A DNA stretch of 64,000 nucleotides from the human T2T-CHM13v2.0 reference genome, Homo sapiens. The DNA lies in NCBI RefSeq assembly GCF_009914755.1, contig NC_060930.1. The stretch is one strand, 5' to 3'. The translations under genes were made by a program, and so were the position numbers. The notes beneath the pieces were generated by a model. The model was not told where the DNA came from and did no database searches. It worked only from the letters and a program-made list of their open reading frames with translations. Of this stretch, positions 1-11,602 are shown in pieces. Positions within the stretch are counted from its first letter, which is position 1. Every line of letters begins with the position of its first letter.

Positions 1-891
1 CAATTTTGTGTCTCTTGTAATGTGTGTCAACAGTTATCTGTATTAATTAGCACTCATCAGTCAGGAACTGAGCTCATTTCCAGCTATTAATCTGGGACCA
101 GCTCAACAAAGACTCCCATTATCTAAGCAAGCCCAGCTATTGGTCCTTCAATCTAAATGTCATAGTTTTCTGGGTAAAGCTTTATTCCCACTTGTTTTTT
201 TAATACCTAAACTATTATTGTCATGGCTTGCAATTTACCAAAAAGATCATTTTCTGAAGAAGGCATGTAGAAGGCAAAACACAAATTTTACCCAAAGTAG
301 CTTTTAGACATTTTCAGTCTGTGATATATATTCAACTGATTTGAGTCCCATCAACTTCTCTCCACCCTCTACATTCATTTACATAAAATCTAAGTTATTC
401 TGTAAACACTTTAGGGGCAAATTAATACTTTAAGAAATTACCTATACTTATTAATAAAGTTAAGAATAGTTATTATTTGTTTGGTAAAATTTTATTTTAC
501 AGAGTTGTTTTTCTTGAAAATAATTGAGATACTTTTTCCACAACAAGATTTTTATATGTAGATATCAATAAATTTGTTATATGTAGATTGATATCAATAA
601 ATTTCACCTTATTAATCTAGATACGTATAATGTAAAAATAGGTAGCTAGAGATGGAGATAGTTCACTGCATATATAACTACACATACACATACTATTAGT
701 AGTTACTATCCTTTCTGTTTCTCATTTTTCTTCAGTAAAATTAATTAATAAACAGCAAGGTTCTCTGTGGCCTTCCTAACAGTGTTTAAAATGAACTCTT
801 TAGCAATATTAAAGAGAACACAAACAATTTAAGTATGAGTAAATGGGACATATTTCATGATATTTATATAAACATGAATGTCTACCTACCC

Positions 892-1761
892 CAGTGATGT
901 GCTGGAAGTTGCTCATACAAGCTTGTGAGAGCTGGATGTTAAATTTTCTGGATTTTAGAAAGGAAATCAATACATCAAAGATATATCTACTCTTCCATGT
1001 TTATTGCAGCATTATTCACAGTAGCCAAAATATAGAATCAACCTATGTGCCCATCAATGGATGAATGGATTTTTTTTTAATTTGGTATATATACACAATG
1101 GAATATTATTCAGCCATAAAAATAATGAAATCCTGTCATTTGCAACAACATGGATGGAACTGGAGGCCATTATGTTAAGTGAAATAAGCCAGCCACAGAA
1201 AGACAAATATCACATGCTCTCACTCATATATCGGAGCAAAAAAAAGTGGATCTCGTGAAGATAGAGAGTAGATTGGTAGTTACCAGAGACCAGAGAGGGC
1301 AGTGGAGAGAAGGAGATGAAGGGGAAATATATATATATATATATATAAATGGCACTTAATGGTAAAGATGTTAAATTTTATATGTATACTTTACCTCAAT
1401 AAAAAAAAGATAAAATAATTTTTTAGGAATTTTATGAGCCCATTTTTAAACACACACGTCAAACAATTATATAAACATAATTAAATAAATTACATTAAAA
1501 ACAATAAATACTCCAGACTCATCACTCTCTAATTATTGTATTGCCTATGTTCTTGGGATTATATATTATCTCTACATGATGAAATATTATATCATAGAGA
1601 GCTACCATTACAGACTTCTTCCCAACTTCACAGTCAGTGACATCTCTTTTTAAAGCTTACAATAGCAGAAGTATTTATACCATGGAAAATGGCAAATGCT
1701 GTGCATTAGCATTTATTTTTCCTGGAGAATTGATTATTAAATAATTAGTAGCACACCACCA
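892..1761 (+). mobile_element. MER63-like hAT-Blackjack DNA transposon, interrupted by an L1 at ~956-1410
   Basis: Starts CAGTGATGTGCTGG...CTCATACAAGCTTGTGAGAGC, resumes TTTTAGGAATTTTATGAGCC after the L1, and ends AGCACACCAC (inverted terminal match). Confidence 0.65.
956..1410 (+). mobile_element. L1MA-type LINE-1 3' end fragment
   Basis: ATGTTTATTGCAGCATTATTCACA...AATGAAATCCTGTCATTTGCAACAACATGGATGGAACTGGAGG; ends AATAAAAAAAA. Confidence 0.9.
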
Positions 1762-2020
1762 ATTTATCCTAGCAAAATTCTTAGGTAAATAATTATGTTG
1801 ATCCTTTATATCAATTTATCCCTCCCTCCTGATAGACTTTAGTCAAAGCGAAGAAAGTACATCTTATGTCCCCTTCTTCCAATAGACAGTTATCCAATAG
1901 ACAGTTGAATAAGACATATGTATTTCTCTTAAATTCTGTAAAAAGTGCTTTGAGATTTTGTGATTCTAAGCCCTCTTTCTAAATTTGAACTTCAGGTGGG
2001 ATCCTAGACAATACTGAACA

Positions 2021-2281
2021 TTTCTTTCCTTTTGGGAGGCTGCGGGGGAGACAGTATCTCCTTCTGTTGCCCAGGCTGGATTGCGGTGGTGCCATCGCAG
2101 CTCACTGAAACTGTCGCCTCCCAGCTTCAAGCAATTCTCCTGTCTCAACCACCCGAGAAGCTGGGACTACAGGCACGTGCCACTACGCCTGGCTAATTTT
2201 TGTGTTGTTATTAGAGACAGGATTTCGCCATGTTGGCCAAAGTGGTCTCGAACTCCTGGCCTCAAGTAATCTGCCCACCTC
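2021..2281 (-). mobile_element. Alu (old J/S type), 5'-truncated, with an atypical tail junction
   Basis: Antisense Alu body GAGACAG...CCCAGGCTGG...CTCGAACTCCTGGCCTCAAG...CTGCCCACCTC at 2048-2281. Confidence 0.9.
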
Positions 2282-3406
2282 TTTTTGAATGTAGGCCAGC
2301 AAATAATTTTTGTTTTGCACCCTTCTGTGGGGCAGCCCTGGCTGATGTGCAGCCATGTTGAGTGATTGTCCTGCATCCAACAGCAGGAATGAAGCTTAAC
2401 AGGCACTGAAGGGAAGTGAAGCAACCCTGGGGAAGGAGAGGATTCAGTATAAATGTAACACACCAAAGTAATTCATCAGTAGTACCCTTTCCAACAATAG
2501 CCCAAGTCTTTACAGTTCCATTTCCATTCATTTTTATTTTGTAGCAAATTATCATGTTTCTTATAAACATTTAGAGAAATGTATAGTTGGATTATTATTA
2601 TGCACACTGAAACTTAAAGGTATATTTATGACTTTCTGCACACCTCCTAGGTGGAATAAATATGCCATTTTTTGTAAACCACTTCTAACAGGGACCATGA
2701 CAGACCAAATCATGCCAGTGCCCTACTTTGTAGTGAAGTATCTGTGCAATGAGGTTACAATGACCTAATAAACGGATATACCATGAGAACGCTTAAGAAC
2801 CTGCATGCAACATTACCTTTGAGATTTAAATGAGTTCTTCTCTGAAAATATAATGCAGATCTTTCCAACTTAGTAGAAAAGCATGCTTTTAGTTTGCTTA
2901 GTAGAAAAGTAGTAACATTAGAAAAGGGGGGAAATAGATGTATGAATATAAATAAATTTTTTTTAAAATTTGGTTGTATTGAACTTTCAAATTAGCCAAC
3001 TAATGGTACATATAAAATAATTATAATCACACTTTACTTAGACAGCATTAAATATGGGATGATCAGAGTATTATCTGTGATCGCAAAACTGTTAACAGAT
3101 TATGTAGCTTTATTAGAAAAAAAATTTCTTTTTACTATTAATATGTGTTCATTTATGTAAAAAATTCAATATTACTATGAAATTCTGCTGAAATTTTTAA
3201 AAATAATCCAAAAAAGTTTACGATGTCTATCATTAAGTCTTAAAAGAGAGAATAAGTGTGAGGATATGTTAAAGGATTCTTTTATTATACTTCAGTCCTT
3301 TGAGGCATTGTGCTTTCTATTCATCTTTTTTATAATGTCAAAACATGAAAAAATCATATCTAAATGACTTGTTAAGGAGTTAGTAACAACCTCTCTCTTT
3401 CTTTGT

Positions 3407-3464
3407 ACACACACACACACACACACACACACACCATGGTTTGTGTGTGTGTGTGTGTGTGTGT
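3407..3464. repeat. (AC)14 - CATGGTTT - (GT)11 inverted dinucleotide microsatellite pair
   Basis: Read directly from the sequence. Confidence 0.95.
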
Positions 3465-5105
3465 GCGTGCGTAGATTAGAGCAAGCAGATTAACTTTATA
3501 ACGCTGGTTGAGAAGTGTCATTTATGAGTTCACAATTTTCCAATTCTAATTACATAGCCTTGTGGAAGGAAAGACATAATTATCATTTCTAGTGTCCCTG
3601 GCCTCACTGAGCAAATGGCTCTTGATATTGACATTTTGTACCATGGATAATGATACTTTCCCTTCATTTAGTGGAACAAGAAGTGCTATACAAGCACTCA
3701 CTCATCAATGACCATTGTTTTATCATCAATTATCACACATTAGAAAAGAAACAGCACCAAGCCTCACCCAATATAAATTATTATGTTCTCACCAAGCCTC
3801 ACCAGTATTAAACATTCAAATTTAGTTCAGGCTTTGGATAGGAAGATAAGAAACTATGCCATGGTGGACCAAATTTTTTTAAACCAGTTCTAGCATTTTA
3901 AACACGATAAATTAAAACTATTTGAAATTTAAACGTTTATATCTAAGGAACATGAAAGCCCTGGCTAAAATTAACTAGATACTTAAAAAAAAAAGTTCAT
4001 CATCTAGTTACACTAAATACATTATTTTACTAAAATGCTAGGTTAAAAGAAGGAATTATTAAAATAAATGGCAATACAAATAAAGAAAGGTACTTTGTGT
4101 TTTTGTCTATATCAGTATGCATACATACATGCACAAAAAATAACTTAAGCAAAAGTAAGTAGATCTTAATTTTATACACCACAGTCCATTATATTTGTAG
4201 ACAAAGCTAGAATACAAAAATTTTATTGTTTGGTCAAGTATTTTTATTTATACTGACAAGACACCAAGGAAATGATGTTCATATGGTTTAATGTAGTTTG
4301 GAAAGGCACTCGTGAAATTTTGGCTAATATTAGACTTGGGGGAGAAAGCACTATTATGGAAACCAAGGGCTTGGAAGTAAATGGTCTATGAGTCAGAAGC
4401 ATATTATGCTGTAGAAATAATGAGTGCTACCAGCTGAGATATAAAATTCACCATGCAGATTTCACCCTCCGGTATAGAGATTTTAAATTAGATTTTAGCT
4501 AAAGGCCTATTTTCTGAAAATCTTAACTAAAATTGTTGCCTGAAATTTGTCAGTATATCTGAATTTATCTTAAGACTTAATTAACCAAGAAGTTGAATAT
4601 GGGATCCTGTATAAAACCATTGTAATTCACATCCATACCTCTCAAAAGAAGCAAAAATGAGAAGTTTTGTTTCCTATGAATTGAGGAAAGTATACACTCT
4701 TACTGTGTAAATTTTGAATGAACATTTTAAAATATCTTTATTAGGCACAGCTGCATACAAATGGTATTTCTATTTTGGCTCTGTTAGCAATTCTGTTGTT
4801 TCTATCATTGACTTTTTCCATCTTTCTTCAAGCATTCTGGAAAGAGTCCTTCTAAGAAATCAACACACATAAAACTGGTTTAGATTACAGCCTACCTGGC
4901 ATGTATTTCTTTGCTCAATTTTTTCATTGCAGTAATCTTGAAGTTGACAATGACATAAGCCTCTTACCTTAAAAGGTTCAAAGATTCCCTACATGAATTT
5001 TAGTTTCTTAGATAAGAGTTTTTTTTTCATAATTGGAAAATGTATAATTTGATAAGAATTTAATAATAAAATAGGCCAATAATTTTACCAAATCCTTGAT
5101 AGCAA

Positions 5106-5180
5106 TATATATGTATGTATACATACACACACACACACACACACATATATACACACACACACACACACACACGTGTGTGT
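5106..5180. repeat. Compound (TA)/(CA)n microsatellite
   Basis: Read directly from the sequence. Confidence 0.9.
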
Positions 5181-5439
5181 ATTTAAATAAAGATGCTTTC
5201 CAGCAGGGTAGACAAGTTGGGCAAAGGAAATATGGTATGAGCTCTTTCCTTTATGACTCCTCTGCCCCATTGAATCCTTATAAAAATATTAGACTAGTGA
5301 TGGAAATTTGTCAACAGTTACAGAATAAGAAAATACGTTAAATCTGAATATATGGTACTGAATACGGCTAATAATTCTTTAAAAAATTATCTAATGACAA
5401 AGAAATATTTGTGCATTAATTAAAATTGATTGATGAAAG

Positions 5440-5813
5440 TGCCCAGGATCTAGACCGTTGCATTGTGGAGGTCCCCATGTCCAGCAGATCTACTCCATGG
5501 CCAACTCTGGTGATGCAGCTGCACACACCCCAGGTTGTGCTACGGTAGAAGAACCCCAGACCCTGCCCCTCCCCCGTGGGGCTGGAGATGCAGAATGCTG
5601 GGGATATGCCTGAGGGTTATGGACTCACATGCTTAAGCAGAACAAAGAAGTACATATCAGGCCCAGAATAGGGGAAGATACTCTGTCACAAAGTGGCAAG
5701 CCCAGCACAGGCTGTGAAGGCTCTTAACTCCCACTAGGGAAATATCACAGGCCCATAGCACTCATGCGGCCATGCAGGGGCCAACAATCTGTGCATGACT
5801 GCCTTTCCCAACA
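5440..5813. mobile_element. Solo LTR, probably ERVL/MaLR class, family unassigned
   Basis: GC-richer 374-bp block with TG...CA ends and a 5-bp TSD GAAAG (5435-5439 and 5814-5818). Confidence 0.7.
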
Positions 5814-6549
5814 GAAAGATATATGACTAGAAGAAAAAAAGGACTATTCAAACTATTCTTAATAAACTTTTTTCAAAGAAATAAAGCACTTATTCTCTAG
5901 GTTTCTAATGTTTTAAGTTACAGTATACTAAACAAATCTTCATTTTATTCTTTTTTTTCATTTCCCTAGGCATTTATAACTGGCAATGAGAGAATTTTTA
6001 ATGTTTATATTAAAAAATTTTAAAGGACACAGATCAATCATAATTTTTTCCATTGATTATTAAGATCACTTTGCACAGTTTCAATTTTCAGGCATTTTCA
6101 TGGTCCCATTTTACTGTGCAAAGACTGACTATATGCTTCTAATGTCGGTATATTTTACAGGAAGGGCAGTTTACATACAAAACAAGTTTACAGGATGAAG
6201 CCTTTTCAATTGCCTCAGTAATGACCTTGATATTCTGTCTTTGTGATTAAGCATAAAACTAAAAGACCTTAGAATGTAAGTGAGCATCTATCCAGTGAAA
6301 TAATTTGTGTTTTTTGCATATTTACAAGTCAGGGAAGACAAAACAATGGCAGCTTTGTTGACCCAGTATGTTGATTTGTGACCTGAAATACTGGAAATTT
6401 TCTCAGTAGATGTTACATCACATACTGATTATTAGCAGTTATTTACTGATAGCTCAATACGTATGCAAGAGAGGAGACACAAGTGCATGGCATGGACCCT
6501 ACTCTCAAAGAGTTCACAGTTGAATTGAAGAATAAAAGTATGTTCACTA

Positions 6550-6790
6550 ATTTACACAGTAAACATTTCTTGAATGCCTACTATGTGCTGGGCATTGGGC
6601 AAACTCTTGGTATTCATGAGAAAGCAAAATGCACAAATAACTCTGCCTCATAGAACTTGCATTCCTCAATAGTGAGTAAGAAAAATATATTTGAGTGAAA
6701 AATGGTGTAGAACAAAAAGGAGAACAAATAGGGCTTAAGAGGTTGCGAGAAGTCATTAGAGAAAGCAGAATTTGAGCTGAATCATAGCTA
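6550..6790 (-). mobile_element. L2 3' fragment
   Basis: AAACATTTCTTGAATGCCTACTATGTGCTGGGCA...CTCATAGAACTTGCATTC matches the antisense L2 3' end. Confidence 0.65.
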
Positions 6791-7424
6791 GTAGAACTAT
6801 ATATGGAGTACACCTTAGAATAAACTTATTCTAAATTTTTCCCATGGCATTTAACTTTAAAATACATTTTTGCTTTGAAAAAATTCATTTATAAATATAG
6901 AGAAAAATTTCACAGATGCTGAGCTATGCTTTAAAATTGTTTCTATATTTCTATGAAAATATATGTGTGGCATGTCTCTACATCCATAGAAATTTATTTC
7001 AAAAGTTCGTTTGCATTTGCACGCTGAGATCAGATGTTCCTGTGTTTCTGTCACTTCATACTCTTTTTTCCAAGAAAAGAGACTGTTTTGCTGACACATA
7101 TAAATTTTTGGAGGATTAGACCATTTTCCTATTGTGGAACATGTATACATATTTATATATATTTATATTTTTCCAATATAAATATTGGAAAACATTTTTC
7201 TGAAAATAGTAACCTTCGAAATGTGATTTTTTTTAACATTGTTGCTCTCCAACCCTCATATTTATATTTTCAGTTTAGTACATTTTTTCTTTATATTTAA
7301 TTTTTCCATTATTTTATTTTAAACATTCTGGTTTTATATCCCGTTTATTTGTCTTTCTAAGAATAACTTTCTTATATATAGCATCCTCTGTTGTCTAACG
7401 CTTCCATTCCAAGATGTTCTCCAG

Positions 7425-7708
7425 TTCTGTATCTTGATTGTGGTGGTGGTTATAAATCTATGCATGTAATAAAATTTCATAAAATTATACACACACATTC
7501 AAAAGAGCATAAAAACTGGTGAAATTTAATTAATATCTATAGTTTAGTTAATTTCATTGTGTCAATGCTGGTTTCTTGGTTTTGATGAAGTGTTATAGTT
7601 ATGTAAGATGTTGCCATGGCAGAAGCTGGATGAAATCTACACAGAAGCTTTCGATGCTAGTTTTGCAATTTTTACGAGTCTATACATATTTCAAAATAAA
7701 AGTTTTTT
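7425..7708 (+). mobile_element. L1MC/L1MD-type 3' end
   Basis: TTCTGTATCTTGATTGTGGTGGTGGTTA...TATTTCAAAATAAAAG; degenerate TSD AAGATGTTCTCCAGTT / AAGAATATTCTCTAGTT. Confidence 0.8.
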
Positions 7709-7842
7709 AAGAATATTCTCTAGTTTTCATCCTTATTCAGATTAGACCTGTTTATGCCATATAAATGTAAAGGCTTTATATACTCAAAGAGCATATAACT
7801 TCCTCTTTCAAAAACTCCAAGGCTCTCTGATATGACACAGAC

Positions 7843-7910
7843 AGTTTTATTATAATAGAGTTGTATTATAATATTTGAAGTTTTATTATAATAGAGTTCT
7901 ATAATAATAA
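7843..7910. repeat. Short tandem duplication, ~36-bp period
   Basis: AGTTTTATTATAATAGAGTT occurs at 7843 and 7879. Confidence 0.85.
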
Positions 7911-8255
7911 ACTTTTCCTTTTAACTACATATGCCTATTCCATAATGCCTTGAGAAAAAATTCCAGTCAATGGCATTGAACACATCTATTGATAGAAATT
8001 ATATTTTTTTAAGCATGGGTGGCAAAAGTTATTTAATGAATCATCTTCCAATGTGCAGAAATAGTTGACAAATAATGTACCCTTGTTTTCCCCATATTTT
8101 TCGTATTTTTTTCAATTTGCCTATATCATACATCACTTTTTCCAATATATGATTTTATCTTTGCTTCTCCTAAAATGCCATTTCTCTATTTTTCTCAAAT
8201 TTAACTCTGTATTTTTTCTTGTGTCTTGTGCCTGCTTCCCTCACTTATTCCAGAC

Positions 8256-8565
8256 TTTTTTTTTCTTTTGGAGCCAGGGTCTCACTCTGTCTGTCGCCCA
8301 GGCTGAAGTGCAGTGGAGCAATCACAGCTCATGGCAGCCTCGACCTCCCCAGGCTCAGGTGATCCTTCCATTTCAGCCTCCCAGATAGCTGGGACTACAG
8401 GCATGCACCACCACTCCCGGATAATTTTTTCATGTGTGTATTTTTAGTAGAGACAGGGTTTTGCCCTGTTTCTCAGGCTGGTCTCTAACTCCTGGGCTCA
8501 AGTGATCTGCCTGCCTTGGCCTTCCAAAATGCTAGGATTACAGGTGTGAGCCACTGTGCCTGACC
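8256..8565 (-). mobile_element. AluJ
   Basis: Full antisense Alu dimer with T-tail; J-like TCACAGCTCA/CTCCTGGGCTCAAG. Confidence 0.95.
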
Positions 8566-9060
8566 TGTTCCTGATTTTTAAATACCTGGTTGTCCTCTTC
8601 TTTTGTCATTTCTTTATTATTATGTAATCCTATTCACCAAAAAAAAAAAAGCTTTTTCCCCTTTTGTTGTCTCCATCCTCAAAAAGTGATTATTGATCTC
8701 TTCTTTATGTAAGATACTAGGCAGGACCCCAAAGGGAAGACAATGCCCTCTCCTGAAAAGCCAAGGCCCAGTGAAGAGATGAGAGACAGGTCCAATGAAA
8801 CAAATACAAATGGTATGAATAAAAATACAAATGATGTGAGGCTCCTGATGCTAAGTGTCACAAGCACGATGACACTTCTCCAGCCCTATTTCCATTTCTA
8901 CTCTAAATTAATTTTGTCTTCTTTTGAAGTCTCACCTGCAAGGTAGCAGACCGTAAAAAATACCTAACCCTCTGAACTACTTAAACTCTATTCCAATTCG
9001 GTTATTTCAACAGGACCTTTTCAACATGCTCAGTCTTTCTTGGTGGCGGAAAGATTTTAA

Positions 9061-9260
9061 AGCTCTAGAATACAGGAATTGGAGTCGTGACTTCACCCTT
9101 TATTAAGTGTGTGACTTTGGCTTACTTAATCTTTCCTAGGCTTCAGTTTCCTCATCTGTAAAATAATGGGAGTAATGATATAGAAATGTTCTGAGGATTC
9201 TGTGAGACAATTCGTGGAAAACACTTAGTAACATACCAAAAAATTAGTCAGCACAGTGTA
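9061..9260 (+). mobile_element. MIR
   Basis: MIR core TGTGACTTTGG...TCAGTTTCCTCATCTGTAAAAT. Confidence 0.85.
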
Positions 9261-9513
9261 TATTATTTTTCTTCTTTTTTTAATTATCAAGGTCAGTGAC
9301 TTTTAGAGAATCAATGTATTCATTTTCTACTACAAGAACTTTAATCAATAGTATCTATTTTCCTTGTAAAAATCTGTTCCAGAGATACTTTCCCCTTCCA
9401 AAGCATTACTGTATTTCATACACTTTGAGGTATGAATATAACTCCTATGATCTTTATTTCTGTTTATTCTTGGTATTAATGTATTCCTGGCTCATCACTG
9501 TCCTTTTAAGGCA

Positions 9514-9555
9514 TGTGTATGTGTGTGTGTATGTGTGTGTGTGTGTGTGTGTATG
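9514..9555. repeat. (TG)n microsatellite
   Basis: Read directly from the sequence. Confidence 0.9.
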
Positions 9556-10294
9556 TTTTAGGGGAATAGAGGAAGGGAAAGGAAAAGAAGTCAGACTCTA
9601 CTCTGAGTAGTTTTCCCTTTGATTGTTATGTTTTGTCCATTTCATAGACATTAGTAATTATATATACAATATTAGAAGCTTTATCTGAAGTGTTCTGTGG
9701 ATATTAGGGTTGAGAGCTCATATTTTTTAAGATAGCAATGTAAGTATTGCTATCCAGTCCTCTAAAATATTCCCAGACTGATAGAAGAGTGGCCACCAGG
9801 CAATTTGAAACCCTTCAAGGACGTGATGAGAATGAAGAAGTCCAGCCAAACAGGGAAACAGCATGTGCCTCATGAATTTTCTTTTTTGTTAATAATGACT
9901 CAAGAAGAAAACAGGTGGTTGTAACTATGCAGACCAAGCAGCAAAATTCCAAATACAGAAAATAAACCTCAGAGATTCCTTTAAAGGATTATTTAAACAC
10001 ACAAACAAATTCCTAGGGGACAGTAACAAAATTGAAATATGTAGAAGAAAGACCAGTGTGGTGTGTATGGAATTAGAGAATGAGTTGTGAGTGTGACCCT
10101 CAGAATCCCGGGAGCACATAGGCTTCCAGAGATGAAATGGCCAAAGAAAGAATTCACCAGAATGTCCCTAAGTCAAGGTCTCCAGAAAAAAGTTTCCTTG
10201 GAAATTCAGTTCAGATTCCTCCTGACCTTCTGCAAAAGATTCTCCTTAGTGTGTGTCTGGATATCTTCCTCAGAAATGACTTGATTGTAAACAG

Positions 10295-10530
10295 AGAGAA
10301 AAGGAAATTAATGGAGCTTAAGCTTTAGGGCCTCTCACTTGAGCTTCATGGGACCCTGTACCAAATTGTCTGTTGTAATTTTGAATTCTTCTTCTGGAGA
10401 AGGCTCCCAAAATGATATATGTTTCGGGCCCCATAAAACCTGGATACATATGTAACTAACCTGCACAATGTGCACATGTACCCTAAAACTTAAAGTATAA
10501 TAAAAAAAAAAAAACCTGGATCCACCCCCA
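10295..10530. mobile_element. Arthur1-like hAT-Tip100 non-autonomous element (host of the L1 stub)
   Basis: GAGCTTAAGCTTTAGGGCCTCTCACTTG...GGCCCCATAAAACCTGGATCCACCCC resembles the recalled consensus ends. Confidence 0.5.
10446..10510 (+). mobile_element. Very short, young L1PA (L1PA2-like) 3' terminus
   Basis: ACATATGTAACTAACCTGCACAATGTGCACATGTACCCTAAAACTTAAAGTATAAT plus poly(A); perfect TSD AAAACCTGGAT. Confidence 0.92.
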
Positions 10531-10559
10531 GCTGTCAAGTATAAAAACTCCTTTAAACC

Positions 10560-10991
10560 AACTAGAGTAAGTCATCTCTCCTGAGGTCTCTAGCTTTTTC
10601 TTTCTACCCTTCTCACTGTGTCTGCTCCTTTTTCCTGCCCTCTGCCAGTTTTCTCAGCCTACTCATGACTTCCCGGCCCTACTAAATCTTTAGTACATGT
10701 GGTTCTGGCTGGCAGTGGTGCTAAGTCTGGCTCAGACTCTATGTGAACTTTCAAACCAAACTCCCACAGGCAAGTTAACTGACTCCTGTCCTTCTGCCCC
10801 AATTCCAAATTCCTTGGAGAGGGACCTGTCTGTCTAGCACAAGCTGGTTGTCACCTGGATCCAGTCAGCTGTAGCTGGGCTAACTGGGGAGGGTCCTGTC
10901 ATGGGCCCATAGAACTGCTTCTTGGAAAGTGAGAGGGGAAATTCTCTAAGGAGGAGTAAGTGAGGAGGCCATAAATGTCATGTCTACTGTA
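10560..10991 (-). mobile_element. Old MLT1 (MLT1K/L-like) MaLR LTR remnant
   Basis: CCAAATTCCTTGGAGAGGG...CACCTGGATCCAGTCAGCTGTAGC...ATGTCTACTGTA. Confidence 0.55.
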
Positions 10992-11296
10992 TTTAAAAAG
11001 GAAGTTGACTAAGTGTTTTCAATCTGCCAAAGATACACTAATAGCTGAAGAGGGAGGGGCACTAGCAAATAACTTGCTTCCTCATTATGATTCCCGTAGT
11101 GTTCCAAAGCCACTGCTTTCCTGCTGTCTCTTTTTTTAGTACTTTTTAAATCCCTCAGTAAGTTGCTTTCAAAAGATTTTTTCTAATTAACAGAATATGT
11201 CATAAGCTCATTCTAGTATTCTACCACCCTTATAATCAAGTTTTGTCCAGTGAGTCCATTAGGCTAGGGGAAAAAACCTAGCCAATGTCTTCCTAC

Positions 11297-11602
<306 letters not shown>

